Sequence record: MN850584.1
Length of the DNA stretch: 64,000 nt
From: Escherichia phage arall
Direction: 5' to 3' (one strand)
Shown: piece by piece, positions 16,391 through 25,760 of the stretch
Position numbering within the stretch: position 1 is the first letter of the stretch
How the letters are laid out: each line of letters starts with the position of its first letter
Program-made: the position numbers and the translations under genes
The notes under the pieces: model-generated
The model's database searches: none
The model's input: the letters and a program-made list of their open reading frames with translations, nothing else
Told to the model about the DNA's origin: nothing

Positions 16391-16615
16391 ATGGTAAAAC
16401 GTCTGGAATGGGATGCGTGTACTGCTCACGCTTGCCACTGTGATATTGTTGAAGATCCTAATGGAGAGATGGTGTATTATGAAGATTACGAAGCATTGCA
16501 CAATGCTGTGATTGCTTTACTGGATGATATTAGCTCACGCTATCCAGGACAACAATTCACGTGTCCACATATCCAACTATTAGCCGAACTTACGGAGTAT
16601 CCAAGTGTTCCATAA
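16391..16615 (+). CDS. Hypothetical Cys-containing protein, paralog family C (CDIVxDPxGxxV..DY)
   Basis: RBS AGGAGGG; similar to 21760..22023. Confidence 0.55.
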   Translation: MVKRLEWDACTAHACHCDIVEDPNGEMVYYEDYEALHNAVIALLDDISSRYPGQQFTCPHIQLLAELTEYPSVP

Positions 16616-16616
16616 T

Positions 16617-16784
16617 ATGGGTGTCCCTGAACAACTGCTCTTTATTGTAGGATTAGTAGGCTTATTGGCGGCTGGCGCTAAAGCCGCTTCTCACACGCAT
16701 CACATAATGTTAAGATTTCTGTTCCTACTCCCTTCTATCCTTGTATTATTAGTCATATTGATTGATAACATTTTTCACAATTAA
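16617..16784 (+). CDS. Small membrane protein (55 aa)
   Basis: Start 1 nt after previous stop; two hydrophobic segments. Confidence 0.45.
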   Translation: MGVPEQLLFIVGLVGLLAAGAKAASHTHHIMLRFLFLLPSILVLLVILIDNIFHN

Positions 16785-16793
16785 GGAGAGGTT

Positions 16794-17378
16794 ATGAATA
16801 AAATTATACCAAGCAGTTATGAATTATTGCAGTTTTATGTATATTACTTAGACTGGGTTAATAGATCGAATGTTAAAGACAATGCGATGTTTAGTAAAAA
16901 CATCTGTTTAACAGAAAGTATCTTCCGTTATTGGCACACAGGTAGAAAGTGTACACACAGTGAAGCTATGCGCATTGTAGGAGAATATCTGGAGCAATTG
17001 CAAAAAGCAGAGCTACCTGTCCTTCACCCATTCAATGAATCTAAAGAAGAATTAGAACAAGAGTGTAGAGAAGGTAAGTGCCATTTGAATGAAAAACGTA
17101 TCGAATGGGTGAGGCAACGTTTAGCCGATGCAGGAAAGCCTCCTAGTGACTCTGACTATACGTGGTATGATGTAGAGGGTTTAGTTCAAGGTTTTGAGGC
17201 TTGTGCTATAGATAATACCAACTTTGCCAAAGTTTTATGTGAGGCTTATGATCTGGCAGATAAAATCCGAAATCACGGATGGAAACAAGAGCATAAAGAA
17301 TCATATGAACGCCTTGACAAGATTTTCAAACAGATCTATTCTAACCACAAGAAGATGTTCCAAATGGAGGATGTGTAA
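16794..17378 (+). CDS. Hypothetical protein, paralog family A (194 aa)
   Basis: RBS AAGGAGAGG; LLQFY/HPFN/HLNEKRIEWV blocks. Confidence 0.6.
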   Translation: MNKIIPSSYELLQFYVYYLDWVNRSNVKDNAMFSKNICLTESIFRYWHTGRKCTHSEAMRIVGEYLEQLQKAELPVLHPFNESKEELEQECREGKCHLNEKRIEWVRQRLADAGKPPSDSDYTWYDVEGLVQGFEACAIDNTNFAKVLCEAYDLADKIRNHGWKQEHKESYERLDKIFKQIYSNHKKMFQMEDV

Positions 17379-18064
17379 TGAAAGAGATTATGTTTGAAGG
17401 GCATTGTTACGAAGTTCCAGACAATGCAAATTTCATGGCTCGTGATATCACTGGAGATGTGTTCTGGTTTGAAGATGAACCTATGTTTTCTTCGAACAAA
17501 CACTGGTTTTCACAACAATCTTCTTCGGAAAATATGACTTTTGGCTACGTAGAGCCTAAAGTGCGCTGCAAAGCAGCTTCTTCTTTGGTAAAAATTTCCC
17601 AAGATGATCAAGAAAATACTCAAGATGTTGTTAGTGCGCTACTGAAGTACATTGCAGAACTTGAGAAGAAAATTAAAGAAGCAGAAACTAAGGTGAAAGC
17701 ACGATCAGCAATCATCGAAGCCATGTCTGAACGTATTTTAGAACTAGAAGATTTGTGTGGAGAGGCTTATCAAGTGGTTGGTGCGCTGGCTTGTGAAGCA
17801 CAAATGTTTGAAACTTCAGAACAAGTTTCACATATGTTAGATAATTTGAGTGAATGTAAAATGATTCATGATGATGTATTGCCATTTTGTTGCAATGTTA
17901 ACAAAACAGAGCAAACACAAGATTCAGAAACAGTTTATGTTCCGCTAATGTGTGTTCCAGATCATCTAAAAGGTGTATTCTCTTGTAAATGGTCGCTGTT
18001 GAGCGTTACTAATTGTGGTGAAAACTATTCTGCCAACATTGAATTGCTAAAACACGTTAAATAA
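17378..18064 (+). CDS. Hypothetical protein with central coiled-coil (228 aa)
   Basis: Overlapping stop/start; heptad-like segment LLKYIAELEKKIKEAETKVKA. Confidence 0.6.
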   Translation: MKEIMFEGHCYEVPDNANFMARDITGDVFWFEDEPMFSSNKHWFSQQSSSENMTFGYVEPKVRCKAASSLVKISQDDQENTQDVVSALLKYIAELEKKIKEAETKVKARSAIIEAMSERILELEDLCGEAYQVVGALACEAQMFETSEQVSHMLDNLSECKMIHDDVLPFCCNVNKTEQTQDSETVYVPLMCVPDHLKGVFSCKWSLLSVTNCGENYSANIELLKHVK

Positions 18065-18074
18065 GGAGAGTAAT

Positions 18075-18479
18075 ATGTGGTCTGTTAAAATCAAATATAA
18101 TGCGCAGTATTATGGTGGAAAGCCTTACGAAGTTGTTATTTGTGACTGTATCTCTAAAGAAGTTGCACAGCTTTGTGGCGCTGGTGTTAGTGAAGCTATG
18201 AACAAAATGCATAACTCTACTGTGCGTTACCTGGATCAAGATATTCCAGAAGATGTAAATGACTATGCTTACGAAATTATTTACAGTGAAGGTAAAAAGC
18301 TCTCTATTGAAGATGCACTTAAAGCACTACCTGCTATGTGCAACCCGACACCAGAAGCAGTTAAAGAGATTTTACCAGAATCCAACCCCGATGAATATGC
18401 CTCTATGGTTGCTTCAGATATGTGGAATCTCTGTCGAGAAACTATGATTAAAAATCTGGTGGAAATGGCGCATGAGTAA
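18075..18479 (+). CDS. Hypothetical protein (134 aa)
   Basis: RBS AAGGAGAG. Confidence 0.6.
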   Translation: MWSVKIKYNAQYYGGKPYEVVICDCISKEVAQLCGAGVSEAMNKMHNSTVRYLDQDIPEDVNDYAYEIIYSEGKKLSIEDALKALPAMCNPTPEAVKEILPESNPDEYASMVASDMWNLCRETMIKNLVEMAHE

Positions 18480-18690
18480 AACGCACTTTATACATCCGTT
18501 TGATCCAAAGAACAAGGCGGTTATACACCGCCGTTGGACTGAAACGCGCATTACAAAATGTCCTGTGCCAGCAGCACAGGAATATAACAAAACATATAAA
18601 GCAGAATTTGTGGAGTACACCTTTGTAAATAACAAAGGGAAGGAGGTTTATGTTCCAGAATACTGCCTTTGGATAAAATGGGAGGAATAA
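18472..18690 (+). CDS. Hypothetical protein (72 aa)
   Basis: Overlaps previous gene by 8 nt. Confidence 0.5.
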   Translation: MSKTHFIHPFDPKNKAVIHRRWTETRITKCPVPAAQEYNKTYKAEFVEYTFVNNKGKEVYVPEYCLWIKWEE

Positions 18691-18857
18691 TGCAAACATT
18701 TTTTATCGACAAGTTTAATAAAAATATGAACACGTGGATGGCAACATTCACTATGCAATTTGCGTCATTTAAAGAGGCTCAAGAATGGTGCGATCAGCAC
18801 AAGGATTTTGATTTTTACTATCAAATTAATACAAATCTTTCTCCAGAGGATAAATAA
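18690..18857 (+). CDS. Hypothetical protein (55 aa)
   Basis: Start at MQTFF, RBS GGGAGGAATA, TAATG overlap. Confidence 0.5.
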   Translation: MQTFFIDKFNKNMNTWMATFTMQFASFKEAQEWCDQHKDFDFYYQINTNLSPEDK

Positions 18858-18858
18858 T

Positions 18859-19203
18859 ATGTTGGCTGATATTGAAATCCTTATGTACCGCCAAGGTATG
18901 ATCAAAATGTGGCTGGATTCTTTTAGCAACATATACTGCACAGTGCGATCAGCAGAGGAGCGTAAAACGCTTATTTTATCTGCTATTGTTGATAAACAAC
19001 GTTTCTTCAAAGAAGTTTTGCAAACAGGCTTCTCCGATGCAGGAGTAGAGATTGCAACTCTTAGTCTTGGGGTGCTGTCTTACTTGGAATCCGTTGTTTT
19101 ATATGTCTTCTCTTTAGAAGAACACTTGCAATTTGAAGCATTAAAACTTATCTTAGACGCTGCAATTGACATAGAACAAAATCGAATTGATTCTTTTGAA
19201 TAA
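18859..19203 (+). CDS. Hypothetical protein (114 aa)
   Basis: Start at MLADIE (ORF-track upstream extension lacks RBS). Confidence 0.5.
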   Translation: MLADIEILMYRQGMIKMWLDSFSNIYCTVRSAEERKTLILSAIVDKQRFFKEVLQTGFSDAGVEIATLSLGVLSYLESVVLYVFSLEEHLQFEALKLILDAAIDIEQNRIDSFE

Positions 19204-19219
19204 AAATAAGGAGAAAACC

Positions 19220-19678
19220 ATGCAAGAGGTTAAACATTATCCACATGGTCGTAGTTTTGTAGCTGTATGGCATGTTCCTGCTCGTAATGAACTGTTTTGT
19301 GCATCTTTTCATTACAAAGATGGACAATATTTCACCTATGACGAGACGATGGATGATTTTATCCCAGAGTGCGATCATGGGTATACACCAATGTTCTTTA
19401 AACGTATGAAAGCTCGTTTCTTCGTTACAGATGTTGATGGTGAACCTACTTGGCACATCGAAGAAGATTGGCAAGATTCTGTGGATATTAAAGAAGCCCC
19501 AGAATGGGCTACACTACTGGTACACGTGAAAACCCCTACCCTTGACATTATGGCGTGGGTTAATCATGATGATACCCATTACCAATACATAAACAGTAGC
19601 ACAGAGATTTCTGGTGAGATTATTGGTCGTTGGAAGCCTACGAATCAGGTTGCTATTGTCGGATATAAGACAGTATAA
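19220..19678 (+). CDS. Hypothetical protein (152 aa)
   Basis: Start at MQEVKH with RBS AAGGAGAAAACC. Confidence 0.6.
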   Translation: MQEVKHYPHGRSFVAVWHVPARNELFCASFHYKDGQYFTYDETMDDFIPECDHGYTPMFFKRMKARFFVTDVDGEPTWHIEEDWQDSVDIKEAPEWATLLVHVKTPTLDIMAWVNHDDTHYQYINSSTEISGEIIGRWKPTNQVAIVGYKTV

Positions 19679-19679
19679 T

Positions 19680-19874
19680 ATGAAAAGTAGCGTAGATTGG
19701 GATGATTTATCCGCTTTTGAAAAATGGTTCTTAGGTAGTGGTTGTTATGCAGATGGGGATCTCGAAAGAGATCCTTCTGGAAACTACATTATGCCATTAA
19801 CCCAAGGTTTTTATGAGTGCTGGTGCGCAGCACAAAACAACGTACTGAATAAGGAGACAACACAATGCAATTAA
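19680..19874 (+). CDS. Hypothetical protein (64 aa)
   Basis: Start at MKSSVDW right after previous stop. Confidence 0.5.
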   Translation: MKSSVDWDDLSAFEKWFLGSGCYADGDLERDPSGNYIMPLTQGFYECWCAAQNNVLNKETTQCN

Positions 19875-20104
19875 ACATCGGACAACCAATTTTTGATGCA
19901 GATACTGGTCAATATGCAGTGATTGTTGCTCGTATGAGCGGTGATGACTTTATTGTTTCAGAACTACTGGAATCAGATCCGCAACTGCGTGTGGTTTGTG
20001 ACCTATATCTTCGAGACGAAAGTGATCGCATTGCACTGAAAGAAGATGGTATGCTTTACTACACCTGGACTAGAGATCCTGGTGTAAAGGAGGTAGAGGT
20101 ATAA
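19865..20104 (+). CDS. Hypothetical protein (79 aa)
   Basis: RBS AAGGAGACAACAC. Confidence 0.55.
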   Translation: MQLNIGQPIFDADTGQYAVIVARMSGDDFIVSELLESDPQLRVVCDLYLRDESDRIALKEDGMLYYTWTRDPGVKEVEV

Positions 20105-20403
20105 TGGTAAGGAATAGGGGTTTACATAAAAGAAGACACCTTACTTACTGGCATCGCAAAGTACATGAACCTGTATCAAAGAAAGAATGGCAATACCTTC
20201 CTTATGGAAAGGAGCGAAGGAAGTATTTGTTAGCTCATTTAAGGGTACATGGTTCGCTTCCTGTTAACAGTAAGTGGCAATTGCAAACAGCTTATGACGA
20301 AGATATGAAATATCTGTTAAAGAGAGGCATTATTTGCCTTGTTAAGATAGGACGATGGAAATCTCGTCAATCTTATATCGTACTTAAACAGGAGAAACGA
20401 TGA
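20104..20403 (+). CDS. Basic hypothetical protein (99 aa), possibly nucleic-acid binding
   Basis: RBS AAGGAGGTAGAGG; K/R-rich. Confidence 0.55.
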   Translation: MVRNRGLHKRRHLTYWHRKVHEPVSKKEWQYLPYGKERRKYLLAHLRVHGSLPVNSKWQLQTAYDEDMKYLLKRGIICLVKIGRWKSRQSYIVLKQEKR

Positions 20404-20651
20404 ATATCAAAGATGTTGTAGCATACGTAGAAGATGAAGTTAAAAACCATACAAGTTTACTGAAAGTAATGGTTGTGGTTAAAGATGGTATTGGACAAGT
20501 AAACGTACAACATGTCTTATCTGACACTGTATATAATGTGTTTGAATGTAAAGAAACACCTCATGGAGTACGTGTGGTTTATATTGATAACAATTTCAAA
20601 GAATGTGTGAGACATACCTTAGAAAATGAACTAAGGATCACAATCTTATGA
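20400..20651 (+). CDS. Hypothetical protein (83 aa)
   Basis: ATGA overlap. Confidence 0.55.
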   Translation: MNIKDVVAYVEDEVKNHTSLLKVMVVVKDGIGQVNVQHVLSDTVYNVFECKETPHGVRVVYIDNNFKECVRHTLENELRITIL

Positions 20652-20821
20652 GTTATTATGTTGTACCTTATGCCAATAAGTGGAGAGTAAGAGAAACTTG
20701 TTTTCTGTTCTCCTGGTGGGCTACATTCGGAGATGGCTGTGGAAATGATACAGGGAAGCCTGTAGAGTATGACACAAAAGAAGAATGTGAACAGTGGATA
20801 AAATTAACACAAAGATGTTGA
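20648..20821 (+). CDS. Small Cys/Trp-containing protein (57 aa)
   Basis: ATGA overlap with previous gene. Confidence 0.4.
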   Translation: MSYYVVPYANKWRVRETCFLFSWWATFGDGCGNDTGKPVEYDTKEECEQWIKLTQRC

Positions 20822-20846
20822 CACGATCTTAACTTCTTGTTAGTAT
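20818..20846 (+). promoter_or_regulatory. Sigma70-like promoter TTGACA-17-TAGTAT (internal to array)
   Basis: Hexamers upstream of 20875. Confidence 0.5.
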
Positions 20847-20874
20847 CAATGTGTACTAACGATAAGGAGGGTTT

Positions 20875-21099
20875 ATGAAGTCTGTAAACAAGTTGCAACA
20901 ATTTTTGTTATCAACAGCAATCTTTTTGCTTTTGTTAATTGGTATTCTGTATGGTGCATCTAACTTATACAATCTACATAATGATGTAGAACAGAATAAA
21001 GAGAAGTGCATCATTCTAAAACACAAGAAACAAGCAGAAGATTTCTTAAAGAATAAGTGTTACAACTACATTGATTATGAGGAGACAAACAATGATTAA
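20875..21099 (+). CDS. Small membrane-anchored protein, paralog family B
   Basis: RBS AAGGAGGG; N-terminal TM; KEKCIILKHKKQAEDFLKNKC block. Confidence 0.55.
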   Translation: MKSVNKLQQFLLSTAIFLLLLIGILYGASNLYNLHNDVEQNKEKCIILKHKKQAEDFLKNKCYNYIDYEETNND

Positions 21100-21334
21100 A
21101 GAATTAGGTATGCGAGTATACAGTGAGTGGACTCCAAGCAATGGCCCAGGAGTTGTTGCAGCTAAATGTATCAATGGTCGTATTGAGTACCTGGAAGGGT
21201 ATGAAGATAATGAAGAATTAGTAGATTATGCTAAATCTTTTATTGAAGATGATACAGACTTTATTGTATTATATGATACAGGAGAGTTAGAGTATGGATA
21301 TGATGGAGATGGGGATATCTTTGAACTTCAATAA
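21092..21334 (+). CDS. Acidic hypothetical protein (80 aa)
   Basis: Start at MIKELG with RBS GAGGAG. Confidence 0.5.
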   Translation: MIKELGMRVYSEWTPSNGPGVVAAKCINGRIEYLEGYEDNEELVDYAKSFIEDDTDFIVLYDTGELEYGYDGDGDIFELQ

Positions 21335-21541
21335 GAGTAGTAAGTAAGGTATAAAGAGTATATAGTTAGTTATAGAGTTAGTAACATTACATATACTCTT
21401 TCCATGTATAACATGGAATATTCTCTACCTCGCTATCGCTCGGTATATAAGATTAGGGTAGCATGTTTTTTACGAAAAGTAAAACTGTTTATACCGATTG
21501 ATAGCAGGTTTTTAATAGATTCTATCTGTGAGGAGTAGAAA

Positions 21542-21760
21542 GTGTACAAATTATATAAAGGAAAAGATAAGTTTACGGGTAATACATCTGGTTTCTATGT
21601 AACACCACGCGGCGTTGCCGTATTTGATTGGATTCCTGGTACTCCAGATCGTGAAATGATCTCTCTTGTAAAACTGTCGGAACAAGAGTACACTTACGGT
21701 GACATTACAACATTCTATTCTCGTGCAGAAAATCCAAAACTGATTGCGGAGTGGGAATAA
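21542..21760 (+). CDS. Hypothetical protein (72 aa), GTG start
   Basis: RBS GAGGAG 8 nt upstream of GTG. Confidence 0.5.
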   Translation: MYKLYKGKDKFTGNTSGFYVTPRGVAVFDWIPGTPDREMISLVKLSEQEYTYGDITTFYSRAENPKLIAEWE

Positions 21761-22023
21761 TGGTTACACGATATGATTTAGAGGTGTACAGCCAAGGTGC
21801 TGCTGGTCAATGTGATATTGTACCAGATCCAGAAGGAGACTATGTTCTTCTTGCTGATTACAACAAGCTAGAAGAAAGACTTCTGGCTGTGTATGCTAAA
21901 GAGAACAAAACAATCTGTCCTTATTGCAATGGAATGGGTTGGGTGGTTGCAGATGTTGGACAAATGTATGAGTGTGTACCTTGTAAAACCACAGGCTTTA
22001 TTGAAAAGGATACTGACAAATGA
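21760..22023 (+). CDS. Cys-rich hypothetical protein, paralog family C (CPYCNG...CVPC)
   Basis: TAATG overlap; CxxC pairs suggest Zn binding. Confidence 0.55.
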   Translation: MVTRYDLEVYSQGAAGQCDIVPDPEGDYVLLADYNKLEERLLAVYAKENKTICPYCNGMGWVVADVGQMYECVPCKTTGFIEKDTDK

Positions 22024-22268
22024 CTGTAGCAGATAAAATGAGAGAACTGGCAGAAAACGCAGAACTTAACAAAGCAAAGGAGAGTTTACAAAACATCTAC
22101 GCGTATATTGAAAGAGCAGCTAAAGATGGAGACAGAGAAGCCGCTATATACACGCTTTATCCAACTTTTGTAAAAGTTAGTTTGGATGCTGAAGGTTTTT
22201 CAACTTTTATTGATACAGAAACATCTCATTACGATGAAAACTTTACTCGAATAGTTATTCGATGGTAA
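22020..22268 (+). CDS. Hypothetical protein (82 aa)
   Basis: ATGA overlap. Confidence 0.55.
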   Translation: MTVADKMRELAENAELNKAKESLQNIYAYIERAAKDGDREAAIYTLYPTFVKVSLDAEGFSTFIDTETSHYDENFTRIVIRW

Positions 22269-22373
22269 ATTTCTGATATTTATGCGCCCTGGCTACCTGG
22301 GCGTAATAAATTCAGCTTATATTTGATCCGCGCCTTCGGCGCTTAGGCAAAGCCACGCCACATAGGAGAGTTT

Positions 22374-22784
22374 ATGTTCAAATGGTTAAAAGAGTTTCTA
22401 ACATCTTTGGCAGAACCTAAGCAAGATGTTATTAAAAGCTCTATCACAGGAAAACCGCTTGTTATAGTTACAGGCGTCTTTGGTCATGGGTTTTCTCTTA
22501 AACAAACAGACATAGGTTTACAGGGATGTTTGATTAGTTTTAGAATCACTCAATTAGGAGATAATAGACAAACAATCTTAGACCTTTTCAATGGGGAGTT
22601 TGATGATTATTTATCTAAGAGTGGTAAAGAACGTCTGATCGAACATATAAAACACCGCTATGAGCATGGTGGTTACTACTTAGATACAAAACGTAATGCA
22701 CAAGGTGATCTTGACATAGTTCGTATAGCGTGGGATAATGAATTTAAAACTAAACTTGGTAAACTTCTGGAGGAGTTGTGGTAA
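22374..22784 (+). CDS. Hypothetical protein (136 aa)
   Basis: RBS AGGAGAG. Confidence 0.55.
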   Translation: MFKWLKEFLTSLAEPKQDVIKSSITGKPLVIVTGVFGHGFSLKQTDIGLQGCLISFRITQLGDNRQTILDLFNGEFDDYLSKSGKERLIEHIKHRYEHGGYYLDTKRNAQGDLDIVRIAWDNEFKTKLGKLLEELW

Positions 22785-22960
22785 ATATTAAAACAGGTGA
22801 TATTGTACGTCTTGCCAGTGAAGAAATGTTAATGACTGTAATGGTATCTACCTATGATACTTGCGAAGTGGTATGGTTTGATGTTAATGAACAACTACAG
22901 AAAGCTACATTTGATAAACGTATGCTTCGTAAAGTTGAAGAAGTGAAGGAGGAAGAATAA
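22778..22960 (+). CDS. Hypothetical protein (60 aa)
   Basis: Overlaps previous gene. Confidence 0.5.
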   Translation: MVNIKTGDIVRLASEEMLMTVMVSTYDTCEVVWFDVNEQLQKATFDKRMLRKVEEVKEEE

Positions 22961-22961
22961 T

Positions 22962-23174
22962 ATGACAATGTTGCTTCGTATGTTTGTGTTTCTTATGTTC
23001 TGGATTATCGTTGGTAACGGTATTGTGTTTTTGATTTTTCCTGAAGTAATGACAGGTAATGAAAATAAGGCAGTGCCTTACATTATGCTTATCGGTTACG
23101 GTATTGGTACACTCGGATTACTGTTTGCTGACTGGTTAGTCAATACTTTGTTCTCTAAGTACAGGAACAACTAA
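22962..23174 (+). CDS. Membrane protein (70 aa, two TM segments)
   Basis: RBS AGGAGGAAGAATAAT. Confidence 0.55.
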   Translation: MTMLLRMFVFLMFWIIVGNGIVFLIFPEVMTGNENKAVPYIMLIGYGIGTLGLLFADWLVNTLFSKYRNN

Positions 23175-23175
23175 T

Positions 23176-23448
23176 ATGTCGGAAAAATTACCTAATGTTT
23201 TCTTTTGTTTTGTAGATTGTGTTACACAAGAAATTATAGTTGACGAAGAAGGTATGTTTACTTATTTTGCATCTGAAGAAGAGGCAAAACTGTCAGCTAT
23301 GAAATGTATAAGCCAATTGTCAGTACCTGCTGTCAACAGGTTCGGTATTGCACAGGTGTATAAAACAGTAACAGAGTTTACACCAGATCGAAAACTAACT
23401 TTTCTTAACGTTCACTTTGTTTGTAAGTTTAGTGAACTACGACATTAA
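23176..23448 (+). CDS. Hypothetical protein (90 aa)
   Basis: Start 2 nt after previous stop. Confidence 0.5.
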   Translation: MSEKLPNVFFCFVDCVTQEIIVDEEGMFTYFASEEEAKLSAMKCISQLSVPAVNRFGIAQVYKTVTEFTPDRKLTFLNVHFVCKFSELRH

Positions 23449-23461
23449 ATCAGGAGTGAAA

Positions 23462-24061
23462 ATGAAAGAATATTGGAGTGGTGAGAAGGGCTTACTAAAG
23501 CCAGGAATGCTTTTGCGAGTAAAGAACATGTTGATCACACAGGATTACATAATGCCTAATCCTGGGGCATTAGTAGAATTCCTTACTGCACGAGATCAAC
23601 CTGGGGTTGGTGAAATGTGGATTGTAACGTGGATATCTCTTGATGGTAAGTTGCGCGTTGCTCCTATCGACCCAAAACATTTGGAATCTCCTTACGCCAG
23701 CATTGATTCTCGGATCATAGATTTGGCTAGAGTTTATAAGGCTAGGACTGGTGTAGAATTAGATGTAGAAATTTTAAATCAATGTATTGACTTCTTACCT
23801 GAAAAAGTGCATAATGCACAACAAGAAGATAGCGGTTTAGAAGTTATTCTTCTGAATGATGGGATGTTCTCTGGTTTGGCATCTGTAGATTTTCCAATAA
23901 CATTAAGATTGTTACCTGGGGAATACGTACTGGATGAAACAACTATTGCTATATCCTCTAAAATTTTAGAACTCATTCCAGGTGCAAGGTGTGTTGGTGA
24001 TACCTCTTCCTTGCTGTTTACTCTGAATGAAGAAGCCATTATAGTTAAAAAGGAGAAGTAA
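23462..24061 (+). CDS. Hypothetical protein (199 aa)
   Basis: Start at MKEYW with RBS CAGGAGTGAAA. Confidence 0.6.
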   Translation: MKEYWSGEKGLLKPGMLLRVKNMLITQDYIMPNPGALVEFLTARDQPGVGEMWIVTWISLDGKLRVAPIDPKHLESPYASIDSRIIDLARVYKARTGVELDVEILNQCIDFLPEKVHNAQQEDSGLEVILLNDGMFSGLASVDFPITLRLLPGEYVLDETTIAISSKILELIPGARCVGDTSSLLFTLNEEAIIVKKEK

Positions 24062-24166
24062 ATGATGACGTTTATTGTTGGTGTTGTTGTTGGTTATTTT
24101 GGTCACAAGTACCAGGATGTTATCATCGCTAAAGTTGACGAAGTAATCGAAAAATTTAAACACTAA
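24062..24166 (+). CDS. Small membrane peptide (34 aa)
   Basis: TAAATG overlap; hydrophobic N-terminus. Confidence 0.35.
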   Translation: MMTFIVGVVVGYFGHKYQDVIIAKVDEVIEKFKH

Positions 24167-24217
24167 TTTTCTAAAAGGCTGTACTATTGTGCAGCCTATC
24201 TTTCAAAGGAGAGTAAA

Positions 24218-24391
24218 ATGTTCAAAGATACCAATTATAAATGTGTACATTGTGGTAAATCTTTTGGTGATCACCAAGCTAAAACATTCAATTGTCCACG
24301 AAAAGGGCGAGGTAGCTTTAAAGGTTTTAATCCATCCCACGTTTATTCTCCCAACTACGAGAAACCAGAAGAAGAAAAATTTGTAATCTGA
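24218..24391 (+). CDS. Small zinc-ribbon protein (57 aa; CVHCG...CPRKG)
   Basis: RBS AAGGAGAG; two CxxC-like pairs. Confidence 0.5.
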   Translation: MFKDTNYKCVHCGKSFGDHQAKTFNCPRKGRGSFKGFNPSHVYSPNYEKPEEEKFVI

Positions 24392-24400
24392 GGAGGCAAT

Positions 24401-24688
24401 ATGGAACTAGTACAAGAAGTTTATGAAAAACTAAAAGAAGAGAATCTTGATTGGCCTGAACATGCTCTTATTGTCGTCAAAGATACTAATGGTGAAATAA
24501 AATTCTCAAGTGTAAGTGAAGACGATGTTGTTTTAAGTCCTACAGGATATTATATGAGAGGTGTTACGTGCCTATTCAACACCAAAGTGTATCCTGAAGT
24601 TAAACTTAGTTACGGTGAACCTGATCATCCAGAAATCGTTACACGTAATGAATATGAAAATTATTATTTTGCTCGTGAAAGCAAATAA
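24401..24688 (+). CDS. Hypothetical protein (95 aa)
   Basis: RBS GAGGAGG. Confidence 0.6.
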   Translation: MELVQEVYEKLKEENLDWPEHALIVVKDTNGEIKFSSVSEDDVVLSPTGYYMRGVTCLFNTKVYPEVKLSYGEPDHPEIVTRNEYENYYFARESK

Positions 24689-24696
24689 GGAAAGCT

Positions 24697-25020
24697 ATGC
24701 AAAAAATAAACACTGGTTCTCGTCCTAAACAGAAGCAAACAAAAGCAAGGGTATCTTATGTTGACAACTCTTGTTATAATTTCAAAAATGTTAAAGAAGT
24801 TATCATTGATGAAAAAGAAGGTTTGATTCACATTTCATCTGAACGTTTGAAAGGTAGTGTTACTCTTCGTGAGAATGTATCTATACCTATGAAAGTTGTG
24901 GCTACACTCTGTGTTGATAAACCAGATGTTGTTAACTACTATGTGTTCCGTGATAGTTGTATTTCATTACATAATAAGATTTTTAAATCTTCGCACGTTA
25001 AAACAAAACACATTGTATAA
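24697..25020 (+). CDS. Hypothetical protein (107 aa)
   Basis: RBS AAGGAAAGCT. Confidence 0.6.
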   Translation: MQKINTGSRPKQKQTKARVSYVDNSCYNFKNVKEVIIDEKEGLIHISSERLKGSVTLRENVSIPMKVVATLCVDKPDVVNYYVFRDSCISLHNKIFKSSHVKTKHIV

Positions 25021-25027
25021 CACATAA

Positions 25028-25049
25028 ACCCGCTTCGGCGGGTTTTCTT
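25028..25049 (+). terminator. Rho-independent terminator, identical to 111-133
   Basis: ACCCGC-TTCG-GCGGGT + TTTCTTG. Confidence 0.75.
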
Positions 25050-25094
25050 GTATGTGTGTTTTTATTTGTCTTAGCATAAACAATAGGAGGTATT

Positions 25095-25316
25095 ATGTCT
25101 GTAGTTGTAGAAGGTAGTATTGGTTTCTTAGTAGATAACCCTCACCCTTTCGTGGTTAAGGTTCATATTCAAGAAAAGGTAAGCAACAATACGTGGTTGT
25201 GCTTGTTAGATAGTAAGATACACTCTTATACAGAGGTTTATCTTCACACTTGGCAAATTGGTACGATAACAGCAGAGGATGAATTGATAATTGAACTATA
25301 TGAACGAGATCTGTAG
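25095..25316 (+). CDS. Hypothetical protein (73 aa)
   Basis: RBS AGGAGGT. Confidence 0.55.
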   Translation: MSVVVEGSIGFLVDNPHPFVVKVHIQEKVSNNTWLCLLDSKIHSYTEVYLHTWQIGTITAEDELIIELYERDL

Positions 25317-25396
25317 ATGACTTTATTAGAGAGTATCGTAGTGTTAATCATCTTTATCATTGTTGTCATAGGATATTTTACAGAAGACTAAAATAA

Positions 25397-25429
25397 AGCC
25401 CCTAGAATCGCTTCTAGGGGCTTTTGTTT
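25397..25429. terminator. Bidirectional terminator hairpin (11-bp stem AGCCCCTAGAA/TTCTAGGGGCT) at convergence of + and - blocks
   Basis: Long perfect stem, T-runs on both sides. Confidence 0.7.
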
Positions 25430-25491
25430 GCATTAGATAGGGAAACGTATTACTAAAATAAAAAGTGCGTTAGAATGCGTTACAGGAGGTT

Positions 25492-25749
25492 TTAAGAATG
25501 CATAAAATCTTCTTCAGGGCAGGTTGAGAGATAAGAGATGCACGTTGGGACAACAACAACATTATCTTTAAGGTTTGCAACCAAGCCTTTTGTGATTCCA
25601 GCCACTGCCCCGTTAATATCTGCTTGACGGATACCAAAACCTTGTTGTGCGGATAGATAACAAAATCCCTCACCTTTCTGTTGATTATTATTGAAGTAAT
25701 AAACGTAGTGCATCATAAAATGGTCTTTAACGATTTGTTCTGTGGTCAT
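25492..25749 (-). CDS. Hypothetical protein (85 aa)
   Basis: RBS AGGAGA; last gene of minus block. Confidence 0.5.
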   Translation of the reverse strand: MTTEQIVKDHFMMHYVYYFNNNQQKGEGFCYLSAQQGFGIRQADINGAVAGITKGLVANLKDNVVVVPTCISYLSTCPEEDFMHS

Positions 25750-25760
25750 AATATTCTCCT

